From an uncultured delta proteobacterium (GTDB taxonomy: Bacteria; Desulfobacterota; Desulfobacteria; Desulfobacterales; Desulfatirhabdiaceae), in assembly GCA_963789395.1 (NCBI GenBank), contig CAWBKP010000024.1, forward strand, positions 378,477-442,476: a DNA stretch of 64,000 nucleotides, in the 5' to 3' direction. Below the pieces are notes generated by a model. That model did not search any database and was not told the origin of the DNA. It saw nothing but the letters and a program-made list of their open reading frames with translations. The position numbers and the translations under genes were made by a program. Within the stretch, counting starts at the first letter, position 1. Each line of letters begins with the position of its first letter. Positions 60,480 through 64,000 of this stretch are shown one piece after another.

Positions 60480-61336
60480 TGGGATTACTGGCGCAAGGCC
60501 TGTTTTGGCTGGTCGCCGCTTATGTGCTGCTGTCGCTGGCATTTACGTATCTGGTTCAGGCGTATCCCCGAAACCCGGTAGCAGATCAACCCGACTGGGG
60601 TAAGGTACTTGACACCCGTATTCCCGCCGTTGACGGGGGCTCGCTTGAGATCTGGCGCATCGATCCGGACGGGCCGTCCCGGGGGACCGTGGTGCTGGCC
60701 CACGGATGGGGCCGGAACCGTGACCGGATGGTTGAAAGAGCCAGGGTGTTCGGGAGGCTGGGGTACACGACGATTTTGCACAGTGCCCGGGACCACGGCA
60801 ATTCAAGCCCCCGGCGGTTCATGAACGCCATGAAATTCTCGGAAGATATCGAAGCGGTTCTGAACTGGGTGGATAAGCCCGTGATCCTCTACGGGCATTC
60901 CGCCGGCGCCGGAGGGGCGATACTGGCTGCTGCCAGAAACCCCCACCGCATTCAGCTACTGTTTCTCGAAGGATGCTATGCCTACACCAAGGACGCATTG
61001 TTGAGCCTTTACCGTTGGTTTAACCGGTTTTTCGGAAACTGTTTTGGTCCGGCCATCATTTTCTGGATGGATGTGTTTTACCGAAGCGATATCAACCTGA
61101 CGAGCCCGGCCAGAATCGCGCCTGACATTACGATGCCGGTCATGGTGATTCACGGGGAAAACGATCAGCGATTTCCGGTTGCCTACGCCTATACCCTGAA
61201 AAACAGTTTCAGGCCCGATCAGGCCGAGATTTACGTGGCTCAGGGAGCCGGACACAGCGGCTCCAGCCAGACTCCGGGATATGCCGCTGCATTAAAAGCA
61301 TTTCTTGATCGGCATCATGCTGATGTCGGTCGTTGA
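60476..61336 (+). CDS. Membrane-anchored alpha/beta hydrolase
   Basis: N-terminal TM, HGWG, GHSAG nucleophile elbow, HGEND and GAGH. Confidence 0.88.
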   Translation: MMGLLAQGLFWLVAAYVLLSLAFTYLVQAYPRNPVADQPDWGKVLDTRIPAVDGGSLEIWRIDPDGPSRGTVVLAHGWGRNRDRMVERARVFGRLGYTTILHSARDHGNSSPRRFMNAMKFSEDIEAVLNWVDKPVILYGHSAGAGGAILAAARNPHRIQLLFLEGCYAYTKDALLSLYRWFNRFFGNCFGPAIIFWMDVFYRSDINLTSPARIAPDITMPVMVIHGENDQRFPVAYAYTLKNSFRPDQAEIYVAQGAGHSGSSQTPGYAAALKAFLDRHHADVGR

Positions 61337-61429
61337 CCGTTACAAGCATCGCTTTCTTGCCCCGCCTGTGCCGTTAAACAAAAATCCTGATTCTGATTTC
61401 TGTCAGGAGAATGATAACAGGAGAAACAT

Positions 61430-62104
61430 ATGAAGATCATCAATTTAATCGGAAGCCCTCACGGAACAAAAGGAAATACCGCCAGGCTGCTTCGGATCGC
61501 ATCCGAAGGTGCGGAATCGCTGGGAGCGCACACGGAGACCATTTCCCTGACCGGCAGAAACGTCATGCCCTGCAAGGGATGTGATGCCTGCCACAAGACG
61601 GGAAAATGCGTTCAGAAAGATGATTTCGAAACCATCAAGGAAAAAATCCTGGGTGCGGATGGCGTGATCCTGGGTAGCCCCAATTATATTTTTCAGGTAA
61701 GCGCCCAGATGAAAGCGTTCATGGACCGATGCTGCCAGGCGATTCACTGTCTGTCTTTTGAAGGGAAATACGGCGCCTCCGTGGTCACATCCGGCGGCGG
61801 AGACGAAGCGCCCATTGCCGAATATATGAATCATTTCCTGATGATTACTGGTATCCGGCCGGTCGGCGCCGTATGGGCGACCATGGGGGGCATCGAAACC
61901 GAAGCTTTTCCGGACGATATTCGAAATTCTGCATTTGAACTGGGAAGAACCCTCGTGACGTCATGGAAAGAAAAGGCGGTTTCCGCGGAAAATGAAAAGA
62001 CGATCTGCGAATTCAAAGATAGAATGCGCAATCTCATGTTGTGGCGAAAAGAAGAATGGCCTTATGAATACCATTACTGGAAGCGGCATCGGGGTCTGGA
62101 ATGA
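61430..62104 (+). CDS. Flavodoxin-like iron-sulfur flavoprotein
   Basis: GSP..GNT, CKGCDACHKTGKC, GSPNY and MKAFMDR. Confidence 0.88.
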   Translation: MKIINLIGSPHGTKGNTARLLRIASEGAESLGAHTETISLTGRNVMPCKGCDACHKTGKCVQKDDFETIKEKILGADGVILGSPNYIFQVSAQMKAFMDRCCQAIHCLSFEGKYGASVVTSGGGDEAPIAEYMNHFLMITGIRPVGAVWATMGGIETEAFPDDIRNSAFELGRTLVTSWKEKAVSAENEKTICEFKDRMRNLMLWRKEEWPYEYHYWKRHRGLE

Positions 62105-62122
62105 GGCATGCAGGGAGCGTAA

Positions 62123-63533
62123 ATGAAAAACATCCTTGAGGGTCTCAACGAACAGCGGGGTTTCGATTGACGAGATTCCAGGCGACCTGCTGATGGCGCT
62201 TCTGGACAATCCGTATGAAAGCCTGATTCTGATCGATGCCGAGGGGATCATTCGTTTCATGAGCAGCGCCAATGAGGGGATTTATCCGATACCCGTAAAG
62301 GATGCCATCGGCCGCCATATCACCGAGGTGAGCGCCGATACCCGGATGCCGAGGATCCTGCAAACGCGAAAGGCGGAGATCGGCAGGAGCATGGTCTTAA
62401 AGAATCAGCACCGTGTCGTTGCCCGCATTCCGCTCGTAAAGGACGGCCGCGTTGTTGGGGCTGCCGGCAAGCTCATGTTCATGAGTCCCGAAAAGCTCAA
62501 AGAACTTTACGGCCGGATCGAAGCGCTCAAAAACAATCTCGATTTTTATAAGGAAACCTTGAATCAGGTATACGGCAGCCGGTATACCTTTGAAAACATC
62601 ATCGGCGATTCATCGCTCTCGCTTCAAGCCAAGGCTCTGGCCAGAAAGGCTGCCGAGAGCGACTCTCCCGTGCTGATCATTGGCGAATCCGGAACCGGCA
62701 AGGAACTCTTCGCCCATGCCATCCATCAGATCAGCCGGCGACGACAGCATAATTTTGTCAAAGTCAATTCAGCCTCAATTCCCGGAGATCTCATTGAATC
62801 CGAGCTGTTCGGCTATGAACCGGGTGCATTCACCGGCGCACGGAAACAGGGAAAACCCGGCAAATTCGAACTGTCGCACCAGGGGACCATTTTTCTGGAT
62901 GAGATAGGAGACATGCCGCCCTTGCTGCAGGTGAAACTGATGCGGGTACTTCAGGAAAAAGAAATCGAACGGATCGGCGGCAAACCCCGGCAGGTTGATT
63001 TCAGGGTCATCAGCGCCACCAACTTGGATCTGGAAGCCATGGTAAGGCAGAAAGCGTTCCGCCTCGATCTGTTCTACCGTCTGAACGTGATCATCATCCG
63101 GCTGCCGCCGCTCCGTGACATTCGGGAGGACATTCTTCCGATCTTCGATCATTTTCTGAAACAGTTGAGCCGTGAAAATCACCGTAACATCCATTCAGTT
63201 TCGCCGGATGCCGCTGCGGCATTGCGGCAGTACGCCTGGCCGGGGAATATCCGGGAGCTGAGAAACGTTGCCGAGCGGGCTCTGATCGTCTGCAGGTCGG
63301 ACCGGATCGAAATTGCGGATCTGCCCATGTCCGTAACGGTAACGCAATTCGGAGAAGCGTATTCAAACGACGCTGTGGGAGCGTCTTTAAAAACAACGAT
63401 CGAGAACGCCGAGCGTGAGGCCATCATTCAGGCCCTGGAGGCGACAGGGTATAACCGGAATATGGCAGCAAAGCTTTTGAAAATTCATCGCACCGGTCTC
63501 TATCAGAAAATGAAAAAATACCACATCCCGTGA
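62123..63533 (+). CDS. PAS-domain sigma-54-dependent transcriptional activator (probable indel near 62150)
   Basis: GESGTGKE, ESELFG, GAFTGA, LDEIGD, FRLDLFYRL, WPGNIREL and Fis-type HTH. Confidence 0.93.
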
Positions 63534-63633
63534 TCCTATCCAGCATCATGCATAGAAATCTATTCATGTAGATATTTCTATTCATCAGAATTAAACACTG
63601 TGAATTCAGTTTTTTTCAAAATTCCCCTTGACG

Positions 63634-63655
63634 GATGTATAAAATCATCGACATC
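63634..63655. promoter_or_regulatory. Candidate enhancer (UAS) palindrome
   Basis: GATGT-N12-ACATC about 100 bp upstream of the sigma-54 promoter; second palindrome at 63552-63581. Confidence 0.5.
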
Positions 63656-63752
63656 ATCGCTGTTTAGCCGCCTGTTTGCAAACATCCCGCCAAAATAATA
63701 TTCCGTCATTATTCCAGTTTGTTAAATATATTTCAGTGTGTTTGTATTTTTC

Positions 63753-63767
63753 TGGAACACGACTTGC
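63753..63767 (+). promoter_or_regulatory. Sigma-54 (-24/-12) promoter
   Basis: TGGAAC-ACGAC-TTGC matches TGGCAC-N5-TTGC with correct GG/GC spacing, directly downstream of an activator gene. Confidence 0.75.
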
Positions 63768-63899
63768 AAAACAAAACGGGCATTCAGCCGTTTGGTTCAC
63801 TATCAATCAATCGCATTGACCCGACTGCGGTTACAGGGAAATTCATTTCAACCCTTGAAATTCGGACCGGCGTCAATGGCAATGATCAGGAGAAGGCAG

Positions 63900-64000
63900 A
63901 TGAATGTTCAAAAGGTAATGGTGATGGGATCCGGACTCATGGGCAGCGGAATAGCCCAGGTATGCGCCCAGGCCGGTATCGAGGTGATATTAAACGATGT
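63900..64000 (+). CDS. hbd: 3-hydroxyacyl/3-hydroxybutyryl-CoA dehydrogenase, N-terminal part; runs off the window
   Basis: MNVQKVMVMGSGLMGSGIAQVCAQAGIEVILND; AGGAG RBS. Confidence 0.85.
   Translation, partial: MNVQKVMVMGSGLMGSGIAQVCAQAGIEVILND

Overview
A 64-kb stretch of bacterial chromosome. Gene content and protein style suggest an anaerobic deltaproteobacterium, probably Desulfobacterales-like (inference). It is mostly housekeeping and metabolic genes: htpG, class II FBP aldolase, hisD, prmA, two acyl-CoA dehydrogenases, tRNA-Met(CAT), hpt, a DnaJ/CbpA protein, mnmG, a TIGR01212 radical SAM, grpE-dnaK, a Tat-signal Fe/Mn SOD, nadE, nifU-nifS, serA, degP/Q, cinA, and a sigma-54 activator upstream of hbd. 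About 20 genes, several normally essential, are split by small indels, most simply explained as uncorrected long-read errors. A mosaic accessory segment (~18.7-33.1 kb) carries an Mrp/Mnh-type antiporter cluster and a P-type ATPase among gene remnants, with an IS3-like end at its right side. Most notable: (i) a translationally coupled sugar-modification operon with a bacterial STELLO/DUF288 protein, whose HAD phosphatase runs in frame into FBP aldolase; (ii) mnmG head-to-head with a YtqA/MnmL-like radical SAM gene; (iii) an AcuC/AcuB-like + PrmA + metallo-hydrolase cluster; (iv) a SlyD-like/methyltransferase fusion divergent from a PAS-LuxR regulator; (v) several families of short intergenic inverted-repeat elements, including 7-bp-periodic tracts. 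No CRISPR array, rRNA, integrase or intact transposase was seen.
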